Shown here: in pieces, positions 1-11,991 of the stretch
Layout of the letters: the number at the start of each line of letters is the position of its first letter
Numbering within the stretch: position 1 is the stretch's first letter
Assembly: GCF_044324785.1 (NCBI RefSeq)
Contig: NZ_CP172127.1
From: Escherichia coli
GTDB taxonomy: Bacteria; Pseudomonadota; Gammaproteobacteria; Enterobacterales; Enterobacteriaceae
Length of the DNA: 64,000 bases
Reading direction: 5' to 3' (one strand)
Notes under the pieces: generated by a model
What the model saw: only the letters and a program-made list of their open reading frames with translations
What the model was told of the DNA's origin: nothing
Database searches by the model: none
Made by a program: the position numbers and the translations under genes

Positions 1-1340
1 TGCCAAAAGCGGCATTTGCGGATATGTGGTTCACCCTGAAAAAAGGGGAGCCCTGGAGTGGCATCGTGAAAAATCGCCGCAAAAATGGCGACCATTATTG
101 GGTGCGGGCCAATGCGGTACCGATGGTGCGCGAGGGAAAAATCAGTGGCTATATGTCGATTCGTACCCGGGCGACGGATGAAGAGATCGCGGCGGTGGAG
201 CCGCTGTACAAAGCGCTAAATGCCGGACGTACCGGTAAGCGTATTCATAAAGGCCTGGTGGTGCGTAAAGGCTGGCTGGGTAAACTGCCTTCATTACCGC
301 TTCGCTGGCGGGCGCGTGGCGTGATGACCCTGATGTTTATCTTGCTGGCGGTCATGCTTTGGTTTGTTGCTGCCCCGGTGGTGACGTATATCCTCTGTGC
401 GTTAGTGGTATTGTTGGCAAGCGCCTGTTTTGAATGGCAGATTGTGCGCCCGATAGAAAATGTCGCCCGTCAGGCACTGAAGGTGGCGACCGGAGAGCGT
501 AATAGTGTTGAGCATCTGAATCGCAGCGATGAGCTGGGGCTGACATTACGCGCGGTAGGGCAGCTTGGCCTGATGTGCCGTTGGCTAATTAACGATGTCT
601 CAAGCCAGGTGTCCAGTGTCAGAAACGGCAGTGAGACGCTGGCGAAAGGCACCGATGAACTGAACGAACATACCCAGCAGACAGTTGATAACGTTCAGCA
701 AACGGTGGCGACCATGAACCAAATGGCGGCGTCGGTGAAACAGAACTCTGCCACGGCGTCGGCTGCCGATAAACTGTCAATCACTGCCAGTAATGCGGCA
801 GTGCAGGGCGGGGAGGCGATGACCACGGTGATCAAGACAATGGACGATATCGCCGACAGTACCCAGCGCATTGGCACCATTACTTCGCTGATTAACGATA
901 TTGCGTTTCAGACCAATATTCTGGCCCTGAATGCGGCGGTGGAAGCGGCGCGTGCCGGCGAACAAGGCAAAGGTTTTGCAGTGGTGGCAGGGGAAGTGCG
1001 TCATTTAGCCAGCCGCAGCGCCAATGCTGCCAACGATATTCGCAAGCTGATTGATGCCAGTGCTGATAAGGTGCAATCCGGTTCGCAGCAGGTACATGCA
1101 GCCGGACGGACGATGGAAGATATTGTGGCACAGGTGAAAAACGTCACCCAATTGATCGCCCAGATTAGCCATTCAACGCTGGAACAGGCCGATGGGCTTT
1201 CCAGCCTGACCCGTGCAGTGGATGAGCTTAACCTCATCACCCAGAAAAATGCCGAGCTGGTGGAAGAGAGTGCGCAGGTGTCGGCGATGGTGAAACACCG
1301 CGCCAGCCGACTGGAAGACGCGGTGACGGTGCTGCATTAA
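1..1340 (+). CDS. aer: Aerotaxis receptor Aer, C-terminal ~445 codons (5' end outside window)
   Basis: Translation from base 3 reads [18 protein letters not shown]... which is internal to Aer; HAMP plus methyl-accepting signalling domain to stop at 1340. The ORF-track start at 24 is only an internal Met. Confidence 0.9.
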   Translation, partial: PKAAFADMWFTLKKGEPWSGIVKNRRKNGDHYWVRANAVPMVREGKISGYMSIRTRATDEEIAAVEPLYKALNAGRTGKRIHKGLVVRKGWLGKLPSLPLRWRARGVMTLMFILLAVMLWFVAAPVVTYILCALVVLLASACFEWQIVRPIENVARQALKVATGERNSVEHLNRSDELGLTLRAVGQLGLMCRWLINDVSSQVSSVRNGSETLAKGTDELNEHTQQTVDNVQQTVATMNQMAASVKQNSATASAADKLSITASNAAVQGGEAMTTVIKTMDDIADSTQRIGTITSLINDIAFQTNILALNAAVEAARAGEQGKGFAVVAGEVRHLASRSANAANDIRKLIDASADKVQSGSQQVHAAGRTMEDIVAQVKNVTQLIAQISHSTLEQADGLSSLTRAVDELNLITQKNAELVEESAQVSAMVKHRASRLEDAVTVLH

Positions 1341-1368
1341 TCGGTATGTCGCATCCGGCAATCGGTGA

Positions 1369-1992
1369 TTAATCCAGTTGCGTAATATCAAAAGCGGCGC
1401 GGTCGATCACCGCAATGATCTTTTTTATTTGTGCATCAGTGATATCGCTCTGGTTGACGCGTAAATCCAGCACCGCTTTAAAATTATCCAGCGCCCGCTT
1501 CATTTGCGGGTTCTGGCGCAGCGCTGCGCCAACGCAACGCGCTTTGATGCGTTCTTCAATCATCTTCACCTGTTCGCGGTTTTCTTCCAGCCACTGCGCG
1601 CCTTGTTCGGTCAACGCAATCTGCTTCTTACCACCTTCCTCTTCGCGGATGGTAATCAGCGACTGCTCCTGGAGAAAATCCAGCGTCGGGTAGATGACGC
1701 CCGGGCTTGGGGTGTAATTCCCCTGGGTCAGATTTTCAATCGCTTTAATCAACTCGTAACCGTGGCTGTCATCGCGCGAGAGAATATCCAGAATCACCAG
1801 ACGCAATTCACCGTGACCAAAGAAACGCTGCCGACGACCGCCGCCGCGACCGTGGCGACCACCGCAGCATTGACCGTGTTCATGCTGGTGACCGTGTCCG
1901 CAGTGCTCGTGTTCTGACTTCTCACCTTTGCAGCAGCCCTCATGGCGTGGCTGGCCTTCATGTTTACAACACCCTTCGTGATGATGGCTCAT
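1369..1992 (-). CDS. yqjI: PadR-family Ni/Fe-responsive repressor YqjI with His/Cys-rich N-terminus
   Basis: 207 aa ORF, ATG at 1992; N-terminus MSHHHEGCCKHEG...HEHCGHGHQHEH followed by PadR-like wHTH; divergent from yqjH. Confidence 0.88.
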   Translation of the reverse strand: MSHHHEGCCKHEGQPRHEGCCKGEKSEHEHCGHGHQHEHGQCCGGRHGRGGGRRQRFFGHGELRLVILDILSRDDSHGYELIKAIENLTQGNYTPSPGVIYPTLDFLQEQSLITIREEEGGKKQIALTEQGAQWLEENREQVKMIEERIKARCVGAALRQNPQMKRALDNFKAVLDLRVNQSDITDAQIKKIIAVIDRAAFDITQLD

Positions 1993-2010
1993 ATCAGCCT
2001 CCTTTTGCTT

Positions 2011-2247
2011 AATTAGATATATCTAATTTATATCTGATATGAGCATTACTGCAAGTACAAAAATGATTTTTAAACGTGAATACACCTCACATCCAGGCCG
2101 GATAATACGTTCATGCCGCATCCGACAGCCTTGCTACGACGCTGAATGTCTTCTCATACTTCAGATATATCAGTTCTACAAATCGCTTGCATTTATCATG
2201 ATTAACAATCATTATCATTTGCGAAATTTATTTAGATATATCTGATT
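2011..2247. promoter_or_regulatory. yqjI-yqjH divergent control region: repeated AGATATATCT palindromes (2011-2028, 2162-2173, 2232-2247) and a Fur-box-like site (2195-2219)
   Basis: Perfect 18-bp palindrome AATTAGATATATCTAATT at 2011-2028; near-copy TTAGATATATCTGATT at 2232-2247; ATCATGATTAACAATCATTATCATT resembles the Fur consensus GATAATGATAATCATTATC. Confidence 0.6.
2093..2126. repeat. REP-like palindromic element
   Basis: caggccggataatacgttcatgccgcatccgac matches the E. coli REP consensus in inverted orientation. Confidence 0.5.
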
Positions 2248-2268
2248 ACTATCACGAAGGCGATAACA

Positions 2269-3033
2269 ATGAATAACTCCCCCCGCTACCCGCAGCGCGT
2301 TCGCAATGATCTGCGCTTCCGTGAACTGACTGTGCTACGCGTTGAGCGTATTAGCGCCGGTTTTCAGCGCATTGTCCTTGGCGGCGAGGCGCTGGACGGT
2401 TTTACATCGCGCGGCTTTGACGATCACAGCAAACTCTTCTTTCCTCAATCTGATGCTCACTTTGTGCCGCCAACGGTAACGGAAGAGGGTATCGTCTGGC
2501 CGGAAGGACCACGCCCACCGTCGCGTGACTATACGCCGCTGTATGACGAACTACGCCATGAACTGGCGATTGATTTCTTTATTCACGAAGGTGGCGTCGC
2601 CAGCAGCTGGGCAATGCAGGCGCAACCGGGCGATAAACTCACGGTGGCAGGTCCGCGAGGTTCGCTGGTGGTGCCAGAGGATTACGCGTATCAGCTGTAT
2701 GTCTGCGATGAATCCGGAATGCCCGCACTGCGCCGCCGCCTGGAAACGTTGAGCAAACTTGCCGTTAAACCGCAAGTTAGCGCGCTGGTTAGCGTGCGGG
2801 ATAACGCCTGCCAGGATTATCTCGCGCACCTTGATGGTTTTAATATCGAATGGCTGGCACATGATGAGCAGGCAGTAGATGCGCGTCTGGCGCAGATGCA
2901 AATCCCTGCCGATGATTACTTCATCTGGATAACCGGCGAAGGCAAAGTCGTTAAGAATTTAAGCCGCCGCTTTGAAGCGGAACAGTATGATCCACAGCGG
3001 GTACGTGCAGCGGCTTACTGGCACGCAAAGTAA
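2269..3033 (+). CDS. yqjH: NADPH-dependent ferric-siderophore reductase (siderophore-interacting protein)
   Basis: 254 aa ORF, ATG at 2269; FAD-binding siderophore-interacting family; Fur box and YqjI-type palindromes upstream. Confidence 0.9.
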   Translation: MNNSPRYPQRVRNDLRFRELTVLRVERISAGFQRIVLGGEALDGFTSRGFDDHSKLFFPQSDAHFVPPTVTEEGIVWPEGPRPPSRDYTPLYDELRHELAIDFFIHEGGVASSWAMQAQPGDKLTVAGPRGSLVVPEDYAYQLYVCDESGMPALRRRLETLSKLAVKPQVSALVSVRDNACQDYLAHLDGFNIEWLAHDEQAVDARLAQMQIPADDYFIWITGEGKVVKNLSRRFEAEQYDPQRVRAAAYWHAK

Positions 3034-3039
3034 CTGATA

Positions 3040-3076
3040 TATAAAAAGAAAAAGGCTGACGATTTCTCGTCAGCCT
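3040..3076 (-). terminator. Hairpin aggctgacgatttctcgtcagcct flanked by A/T tracts; terminator for ileX (minus), probably bidirectional for yqjH
   Basis: Inverted repeat GGCTGACGA/TCGTCAGCC; on the minus strand it is followed by a U-rich run. Confidence 0.55.
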
Positions 3077-3086
3077 TTGCTATATC

Positions 3087-3162
3087 TGGTGGCCCCTGCT
3101 GGACTTGAACCAGCGACCAAGCGATTATGAGTCGCCTGCTCTAACCACTGAGCTAAGGGGCC
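3087..3162 (-). tRNA. ileX: tRNA-Ile2 (anticodon CAU, lysidine-modified), with encoded CCA
   Basis: Reverse complement reads GGCCCCTTAGCTCAGTGGTTAGAGCAGGCGACTCATAATCGCTTGGTCGCTGGTTCAAGTCCAGCAGGGGCCACCA: cloverleaf with CAT anticodon and 3' CCA. Confidence 0.92.
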
Positions 3163-3286
3163 ATGGTAGCGGATTATAAAGTAACTCCGTGTCGCAATCC
3201 AGCCATTACCGCGCGCCTGCTGTTTTTATAAACAATGTATTTTCAATCCGTTATACTTTTCCTGGTGATGTTAGAAAGGAGTAAAT

Positions 3287-3793
3287 ATGGTTGAGGATAT
3301 TTTGGCTCCAGGGTTACGGGTCGTGTTTTGCGGTATCAACCCTGGGCTTTCATCCGCCGGGACTGGTTTTCCCTTTGCTCATCCGGCAAATCGCTTCTGG
3401 AAGGTGATATATCAGGCCGGGTTTACCGACCGTCAGTTGAAGCCGGAAGAGGCGCAGCATCTGCTGGATTATCGTTGTGGCGTCACCAAACTGGTAGACC
3501 GTCCAACGGTGCAAGCCAATGAAGTTTCAAAGCAAGAGCTACACGCAGGCGGGCGTAAGCTGATTGAAAAAATTGAAAATTACCAACCACAAGCGTTGGC
3601 GATTCTGGGCAAACAAGCATATGAACAGGGATTCAGCCAGCGCGGTGCACAGTGGGGGAAACAAACGCTCACCATTGGTTCGACGCAGATTTGGGTGCTG
3701 CCAAATCCCAGCGGTTTAAGTCGCGTTTCACTGGAGAAACTGGTTGAAGCGTATCGCGAGCTGGACCAGGCGCTGGTAGTGCGGGGCCTGTGA
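3287..3793 (+). CDS. mug: G/U mismatch-specific DNA glycosylase
   Basis: 168 aa ORF, ATG at 3287; N-terminal motif VFCGINPG typical of Mug/TDG. Confidence 0.92.
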   Translation: MVEDILAPGLRVVFCGINPGLSSAGTGFPFAHPANRFWKVIYQAGFTDRQLKPEEAQHLLDYRCGVTKLVDRPTVQANEVSKQELHAGGRKLIEKIENYQPQALAILGKQAYEQGFSQRGAQWGKQTLTIGSTQIWVLPNPSGLSRVSLEKLVEAYRELDQALVVRGL

Positions 3794-3849
3794 AGTGCAG
3801 TGTAACGAAGTTATGAGCGGGCAAAGTACCGCTCCTTACAGATATGGGC

Positions 3850-4413
3850 TTATTCTTCCGCCAAACGGTCTCTGACTACCATAAGCGCAAATCCCAGCAG
3901 ATTTTTCCCCTTCCAGTGAGATGGCACACCGGCATGAGGATGATCTTTTGCAAGGCCAATCCCCCAGAGTTTATCCACCGGGCTGGCTTCAACCAAAATG
4001 CGGGACTGTGTATTTAGCAAGAATGTTTTCAATGCCGAATGTTGGCTAAATTTGTGATAGTTCCCTTCACAGACCAGCTCAAAGCAACTGGCTTGCCAGC
4101 GTTGTTCATCAAAGTTTGTCACCTGCCTCCCCAGCTTTTTGGCTTCTGCCGGGGTCGCCGCCGCCAGAATTCTGGCAAGCGTTTTACTGTCATTAAACAG
4201 CCGCGCTTTTCCTGCCATCATCCAGTGCTCTGCGGTAGCGTAGGTTATACCACCATAGGTAAAAGGCGAACCCTGCCACCACTGACTAAAGCAAGAGGCG
4301 GTAATTTCGTTATTCGAGGCAGGTTGATGGCCCCAGAACCACAGGTATTTCACTTTTTTCCCGGAATCAAGGGCGGAAAGAAGGGCGGGGAGAGAATAGT
4401 ATCCTTGCTGCAT
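3850..4413 (-). CDS. NADAR-domain (YbiA-like, DUF1768) protein; accessory gene between mug and the rpoD terminator
   Basis: 187 aa ORF with features I recognise as the YbiA/NADAR family (e.g. ...WGIGL...); ATG at 4413 immediately downstream of the rpoD terminator. Confidence 0.7.
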   Translation of the reverse strand: MQQGYYSLPALLSALDSGKKVKYLWFWGHQPASNNEITASCFSQWWQGSPFTYGGITYATAEHWMMAGKARLFNDSKTLARILAAATPAEAKKLGRQVTNFDEQRWQASCFELVCEGNYHKFSQHSALKTFLLNTQSRILVEASPVDKLWGIGLAKDHPHAGVPSHWKGKNLLGFALMVVRDRLAEE

Positions 4414-4426
4414 TGCCAGATTTCCT

Positions 4427-4457
4427 TAATAAAAAAGCCCTCACGATGGAGGGCTTA
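4427..4457 (-). terminator. rpoD rho-independent terminator
   Basis: Minus-strand transcript reads aagccctccatcgtgagggcttttttatt: GC-rich hairpin plus U tract directly after the rpoD stop. Confidence 0.75.
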
Positions 4458-4472
4458 TGCATATCTTTACGA

Positions 4473-6314
<1,842 letters not shown>

Positions 6315-6508
6315 AAGACGGTATCCACACTTATTTCATGAGGTTGGTGTTGGGCGATTGACCCGATGTCCTTCAGCCGTTAACGCTGAAATCCAACGGT
6401 TGTTTACCGCCAACGATAATTACGAGGGCGTACTTATATATTTGCCGCTGCCTCTCAGTGCGGCTGTCGGGGGCTTCCCGATCGCTCTTCGGCACTTAAG
6501 CCGTTAAA

Positions 6509-8254
6509 TCACTTTTTCGCCAGCTCCTGGTTTAATGTCCAGAGCTCCAGGCGTTCTTCGTTGCTTAAACCATGCGTGCGCTCACGAGCGATTAACTCTT
6601 CCTGGCGCAGTTCAAGCAGCGAATCAAACATATGGTTGAGTGAGTCGGTGAAGGTTTGCTCAGCAATATTCTTATCTGCTATATCGTCCCACATCGACAG
6701 TTTTTCAAGGGTGGCAGCATTATTTGTACCACGATAGTGCTCTAAAAGTTGCCCGGTGGTCAGACCTGGCTGGGAGAGACAAGTGTTGACCAGTTCTCTG
6801 AATAAGCCAAGTCCAGGGAGCTTATTTTCATCCAGATTCTCAAGCGGCGGGACCAACGTCGCTAATTCTGGATTTTGCACCAGCAACCCTATAAGTATAC
6901 GCATGGTCGTGCGTTTTAGCTGCGGAACAGGGCGAGAAACGCCGCTCTCTGCCGCTTTTGGGATTAATCGTTCAAGCTGGCTGTCATCAAGTATGCCTAA
7001 TTTGTTGCCTAATTCCTGACGAAGATATATTCGCAGCGTTTCGCCCGGCACTTGCGATATCAATGGCAGTGCCAGCGTACTCAAACGTGCCCGCCCGTCA
7101 GGGGTACTCAGATCAACTTGCGGCATCAGGCTGTTAAACAGAAATGCGGAGAGCGGCATCGCCTGCTCCATCCGCGCTTCAAACGCTTCTTTACCTTCTT
7201 TTCGTACCAGCGTGTCAGGGTCTTCGCCATCAGGCAAAAACATAAAGCGTAGCTGACGACCGTCTGTCATGTAAGGCAGCGCCGTTTCCAGCGCTCGCCA
7301 TGCGGCATCGCGGCCTGCACGGTCGCCGTCATAACAGCAAATGACATTGTTGGTCGCGCGGAACAACAGTTGTATGTGGTCGGCGGTGGTTGACGTACCT
7401 AACGACGCAACGGCGTAATTAATACCGTATTGCGCCAGCGCCACCACGTCCATATAGCCTTCGACCACAAGCAGACGATTGGGTTCAGCGTTATCCTGCT
7501 GCGCTTCATAAAGACCGTAAAGCTGGCGGCCTTTATGGAAAATGTCCGTTTCCGGCGAGTTCAGGTATTTGGGGGTATCGTTGCCCAGCACGCGTCCGCC
7601 AAAACCAATCACCCGACCGCGTTTATCGCGAATGGGGAACATCACCCGCTCGCGGAAACGATCGTAACTGCGTCCCTGATCGTTAGTGACCAACATGCCC
7701 GCATCAATCAATGACTGGCGATTTTCTGGATTGCCGCCAAACCGCTTCAGGACGTTGTCCCAGCCAGGGGGGGCAAAACCAATCGCAAAGCGGGCGATAA
7801 CCTCGTGGCTTAATCCGCGTTTTTCCAGATACTGGCGCGCAGACGTGGCAACAGGTTGCTGTAAAGATTGTTGGTAAAACGTATTCAGACCGTCCATCAA
7901 CTGATAAAGCGTTTGTCGTTGATGGCGCTCGATCTGGCTGGGGCCGCTACCTGCTTCAAATGGCACTTCAAGATTGTGCATTGCTGCCAGCTCTTCGACC
8001 GTTTCGACGAACTCAAGCTTGTCGTAGTTCATCAGGAAGTCGATCGCGTTGCCGTGCGCGCCACATCCAAAGCAGTGGTAAAACTGTTTCTCACCGTTAA
8101 CGGTGAATGATGGGGTTTTCTCGTTGTGGAATGGACAACACGCGTGGAAATTCTTGCCCTGCTTTTTCAGCTTCACACGGGCATCGATCAGATCGACGAT
8201 GTCAGTGCGTGCCAGCAGATCATTAATGAATACGCGTGGGATTCGTCCAGCCAT
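6509..8254 (-). CDS. dnaG: DNA primase
   Basis: 581 aa; zinc-ribbon CHC2 motif (CPFHNEKTPSF...HCFGCG), TOPRIM domain; in the rpsU-dnaG-rpoD operon. Confidence 0.98.
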   Translation of the reverse strand: MAGRIPRVFINDLLARTDIVDLIDARVKLKKQGKNFHACCPFHNEKTPSFTVNGEKQFYHCFGCGAHGNAIDFLMNYDKLEFVETVEELAAMHNLEVPFEAGSGPSQIERHQRQTLYQLMDGLNTFYQQSLQQPVATSARQYLEKRGLSHEVIARFAIGFAPPGWDNVLKRFGGNPENRQSLIDAGMLVTNDQGRSYDRFRERVMFPIRDKRGRVIGFGGRVLGNDTPKYLNSPETDIFHKGRQLYGLYEAQQDNAEPNRLLVVEGYMDVVALAQYGINYAVASLGTSTTADHIQLLFRATNNVICCYDGDRAGRDAAWRALETALPYMTDGRQLRFMFLPDGEDPDTLVRKEGKEAFEARMEQAMPLSAFLFNSLMPQVDLSTPDGRARLSTLALPLISQVPGETLRIYLRQELGNKLGILDDSQLERLIPKAAESGVSRPVPQLKRTTMRILIGLLVQNPELATLVPPLENLDENKLPGLGLFRELVNTCLSQPGLTTGQLLEHYRGTNNAATLEKLSMWDDIADKNIAEQTFTDSLNHMFDSLLELRQEELIARERTHGLSNEERLELWTLNQELAKK

Positions 8255-8364
8255 AGGCCCCGATTTTTAGCAATTCATAAACGAAAATAAGCCGCGCATT
8301 CCTTTCGGAAGCACGGCCTTACAACTACAACTCGGTCTGATCGGAGAGCAACGCTCTCGGGGAA

Positions 8365-8619
<255 letters not shown>

Positions 8620-8817
8620 TCAACGCCAGCTTATTTCAAAATGGTGCGGAATTTTACTGCAATTGCTGCTGCTTTGTAAAGCACCGCGGCCTTTTTTGAA
8701 AGGGACTTTTATAAGGGTGAGAAGTATACACGAGGCTTTCTCCAGGGGCGAACAAAGTTTTACATCAACCCGCATTGGTCCTACACTGCGCGGTAATAAA
8801 GCGAGGTAAAACAAGTC

Positions 8818-9831
8818 ATGCGTGTACTGGGTATTGAAACTTCCTGCGATGAAACCGGCATCGCCATTTACGACGATGAAAAAGGTTTGTTAGCCAACCA
8901 ATTGTATAGTCAGGTGAAATTGCACGCTGACTACGGCGGCGTAGTGCCTGAGCTGGCCTCCCGCGATCATGTGCGTAAAACCGTACCGTTGATCCAGGCG
9001 GCGCTAAAGGAGTCTGGTTTAACGGCAAAAGACATTGATGCTGTGGCCTATACCGCAGGCCCTGGATTAGTCGGCGCACTGCTGGTTGGCGCGACCGTGG
9101 GGCGTTCTCTGGCGTTTGCCTGGAACGTTCCGGCGATCCCTGTACACCATATGGAAGGGCATCTGTTAGCGCCGATGCTGGAAGATAACCCACCGGAATT
9201 TCCGTTTGTGGCGCTGCTGGTTTCCGGCGGTCATACGCAGTTAATCAGCGTGACTGGCATTGGTCAGTACGAGCTGCTCGGCGAGTCTATCGATGATGCG
9301 GCTGGTGAAGCGTTTGATAAAACCGCGAAGCTGCTGGGGCTGGATTATCCTGGCGGGCCATTACTGTCGAAAATGGCGGCTCAGGGTACAGCCGGGCGCT
9401 TTGTCTTCCCGCGCCCGATGACCGACCGTCCGGGGCTGGATTTCAGCTTCTCCGGCCTGAAAACCTTCGCGGCAAATACCATTCGTGACAACGGCACCGA
9501 CGACCAGACGCGTGCTGATATCGCCCGCGCCTTTGAAGATGCGGTGGTCGATACGCTGATGATTAAGTGCAAGCGGGCGCTGGATCAGACGGGCTTTAAG
9601 CGACTGGTCATGGCGGGCGGCGTGAGTGCTAACCGTACGTTACGGGCGAAGCTGGCTGAAATGATGAAAAAACGCCGCGGCGAAGTGTTCTACGCGCGTC
9701 CGGAATTTTGTACTGATAACGGCGCGATGATCGCCTATGCCGGAATGGTGCGGTTTAAAGCAGGCGCGACGGCGGATCTCGGCGTTAGCGTGCGTCCGCG
9801 CTGGCCGCTGGCGGAGTTACCGGCTGCGTAA
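8818..9831 (+). CDS. tsaD: tRNA N6-threonylcarbamoyladenosine synthase TsaD (Kae1/YgjD)
   Basis: 337 aa; [14 protein letters not shown]... ; divergent from rpsU. Confidence 0.96.
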   Translation: MRVLGIETSCDETGIAIYDDEKGLLANQLYSQVKLHADYGGVVPELASRDHVRKTVPLIQAALKESGLTAKDIDAVAYTAGPGLVGALLVGATVGRSLAFAWNVPAIPVHHMEGHLLAPMLEDNPPEFPFVALLVSGGHTQLISVTGIGQYELLGESIDDAAGEAFDKTAKLLGLDYPGGPLLSKMAAQGTAGRFVFPRPMTDRPGLDFSFSGLKTFAANTIRDNGTDDQTRADIARAFEDAVVDTLMIKCKRALDQTGFKRLVMAGGVSANRTLRAKLAEMMKKRRGEVFYARPEFCTDNGAMIAYAGMVRFKAGATADLGVSVRPRWPLAELPAA

Positions 9832-9840
9832 AACTATCGA

Positions 9841-9864
9841 GTGCCGGAGAGTTACTTCCGGCAC
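9841..9864. terminator. Bidirectional hairpin between convergent tsaD and ttdT
   Basis: gtgccggagagttacttccggcac perfect stem. Confidence 0.5.
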
Positions 9865-9873
9865 CGTCCTTAC

Positions 9874-11337
9874 TTAAAGCAACACCACGGGCATCCACAG
9901 TAAGCCGGTAATCACCAGCAATACGAGGAATATCAGCCCAAAAATCGCCCCCAGTCGCCAGTAATCCGCCGTTGGCAGATAACCACTGCCGTAGTAAATC
10001 GGACTGGGGCCGGTGGCGTATGGTGTAAGAATGCTCCCCAGACCAATTGCCGCACCAACCATCAGGCAGAACACCGGCAGCGGGATTTCCGGCATCGCCA
10101 GCGCAGCGGCAATCATCATCGGTGCGAGGGCGGAGGTATACGCCGTGGCGCTGGCAAAGAAGTAGCGCAGCAGATAAAAGACCACAATCAACGCCACCAT
10201 CACCATCGTCGGCGAATAACCGCTTAAGCTGCCTGCTAACAGTTTGCCAAACCAGCTAATAAAACCGGTGTTGTTGAGTCCGGTAGCGAGGGTGATAAGC
10301 GAGGCCAGCCAGAAGAAAACGTTCCACGCGGCTTTATTACTGACAATGTCGTCCCAACTGATAATGCGCAGAAGCAGCATCAGCGCCACCACGCTGTAAC
10401 CGACCATCGCGGCATCGATATAATCACCGCCGAAAATCCACAGCACCAGCGCGCCTACCATCAGCCCAAGCATCCGTTTTTCACGAGAACAGAGCGGGCC
10501 CATTGCCTGCAGTTCCGTCTCTGCCCAGCGCGGCACCTGATCACCAGACTTCAGTACCGGCGGGTACAGCACGTAAGCCAGCCAGGGAACCAGCAGAACC
10601 AGTAAAATACTGAGCGGCAACATCCCGAGGAACCAGTCGCCCCAACTCAGTGTGGCGTGAGATGCGCTTTTCATCAGGCCAATTAACAGCAAGTTAGGTG
10701 CCATCGCCGTCAGGAAAATGGCGCTGGTCACGCAGTCGGCAACAATCCCCATCCACATGATGTACGAGCCAATGCTGCGTGAACTGCTGTCGTTTGGTTG
10801 TGATTGATAGAGCGGTGGCAGGTTACGGATGATGGGATAGATAATCCCCGCACCGCGCGCCGAGTTGGACGGTGTTACAGGTGCCAGGATCAGCTCGGAG
10901 AACATCACCGCATAGCCGAGAAACAGCGTACGATGCCCCATCTTTTTCACCAGAATCAGCGCGATACGTCGCCCCAGCCCGGTTTTTTCATAGCCTGTGC
11001 CAAACATAAAGGCGGCGAAAATCAGCCAGATAACCGAATTAGAAAAACCAGAAACCGCCCAGGAGAGGGATTTGGCGGTGAACTTAAAACCTGGCTGGGC
11101 GAGCTGCTCCGGGCTAAACAGCAGCCACGGCGAGAGAATGGCGATAATGGAGATACCCACCATCGCCACCACGGCACCCGGCACGGGTTCGAGGATCAGT
11201 CCAACGATCACGCCAGTAAAAACGGCAAAGTAGAGCCAGGTATGACTCTCCAGCCCTGCGGGAACCGGAATTAGAGCAATAATGGCGATGACCGCCAGCG
11301 GCGCAAGGTATCGCCACCATTCAGTGGAAGGTTTCAT
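9874..11337 (-). CDS. ttdT: L-tartrate/succinate antiporter (DASS family anion permease)
   Basis: 487 aa polytopic membrane protein; immediately downstream of ttdAB. Confidence 0.9.
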   Translation of the reverse strand: MKPSTEWWRYLAPLAVIAIIALIPVPAGLESHTWLYFAVFTGVIVGLILEPVPGAVVAMVGISIIAILSPWLLFSPEQLAQPGFKFTAKSLSWAVSGFSNSVIWLIFAAFMFGTGYEKTGLGRRIALILVKKMGHRTLFLGYAVMFSELILAPVTPSNSARGAGIIYPIIRNLPPLYQSQPNDSSSRSIGSYIMWMGIVADCVTSAIFLTAMAPNLLLIGLMKSASHATLSWGDWFLGMLPLSILLVLLVPWLAYVLYPPVLKSGDQVPRWAETELQAMGPLCSREKRMLGLMVGALVLWIFGGDYIDAAMVGYSVVALMLLLRIISWDDIVSNKAAWNVFFWLASLITLATGLNNTGFISWFGKLLAGSLSGYSPTMVMVALIVVFYLLRYFFASATAYTSALAPMMIAAALAMPEIPLPVFCLMVGAAIGLGSILTPYATGPSPIYYGSGYLPTADYWRLGAIFGLIFLVLLVITGLLWMPVVLL

Positions 11338-11385
11338 CGTGTTATGCCTGCGAAAAAGGAGAGGGGGTGAGCCTCTCCGGGAGGG

Positions 11386-11991
11386 TTATTTGATGTAGTG
11401 GACGTGCTCGCAAATCTCTTCCACGATGGGATCGCGGCGTTCGGCGAACAGCTTTTTGTTTTCGGCTATCAGGTTGTTGCCGTGGGTATCAATAGAGACA
11501 ATCAGCGGACCGAACTCTTTGACCCGGCAGACCCACAGCGACTCCGGCATCCCGAGTTCTGTCCAGTGCACTTCTTCAATCTCTTCCACCTGGGTTGCCG
11601 CCAGTACTGCGCAGCCTGCCGGGAAAATCACATGCAGCGCCTTGAATTTCTGGCAGCCTTCTTCGGTCAGCGGCCCCATTCCGCCTTTGCCGACCACCAG
11701 TTTCACGCCGGTCTGTTCGATAAATTCACGTTCAAAACTTTCCATACGCATACTGGTTGTCGGGCCGACGGATACCATCTCCCATTTGTCGCCGTTTTTG
11801 CGCACGATGGGGCCAGCGTGGAAAATCGCTTTGCCGTTGAGATCGTAAGGGATCGGACGTTTCAGTTCGATCAAGCGGCGGTGACAAACGTCGCGGCAGG
11901 TTACCAGCGTACCGGTCAGGTAGATCACATCGCCGACGCGAATATCTTGCAGATCTTCAGCTTTGATCGGGGTTGTCAGGATCTTTTTCAT
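11386..11991 (-). CDS. ttdB: L(+)-tartrate dehydratase beta subunit
   Basis: 201 aa fumarase class I C-terminal-like subunit; start overlaps the ttdA stop. Confidence 0.93.

Noticed and set aside
1-1340. Treating aer as truncated or pseudogenised
   Set aside because: The missing N-terminal PAS region is simply outside the window; the reading frame runs to the window edge.
8255-8364. Possible rpsU-dnaG intergenic terminator (T1) hairpin
   Set aside because: A GAGAGC-GTT-GCTCTC stem exists on the minus-strand transcript but has no clear U-tract; I could not place a terminator confidently enough to list it as a feature.
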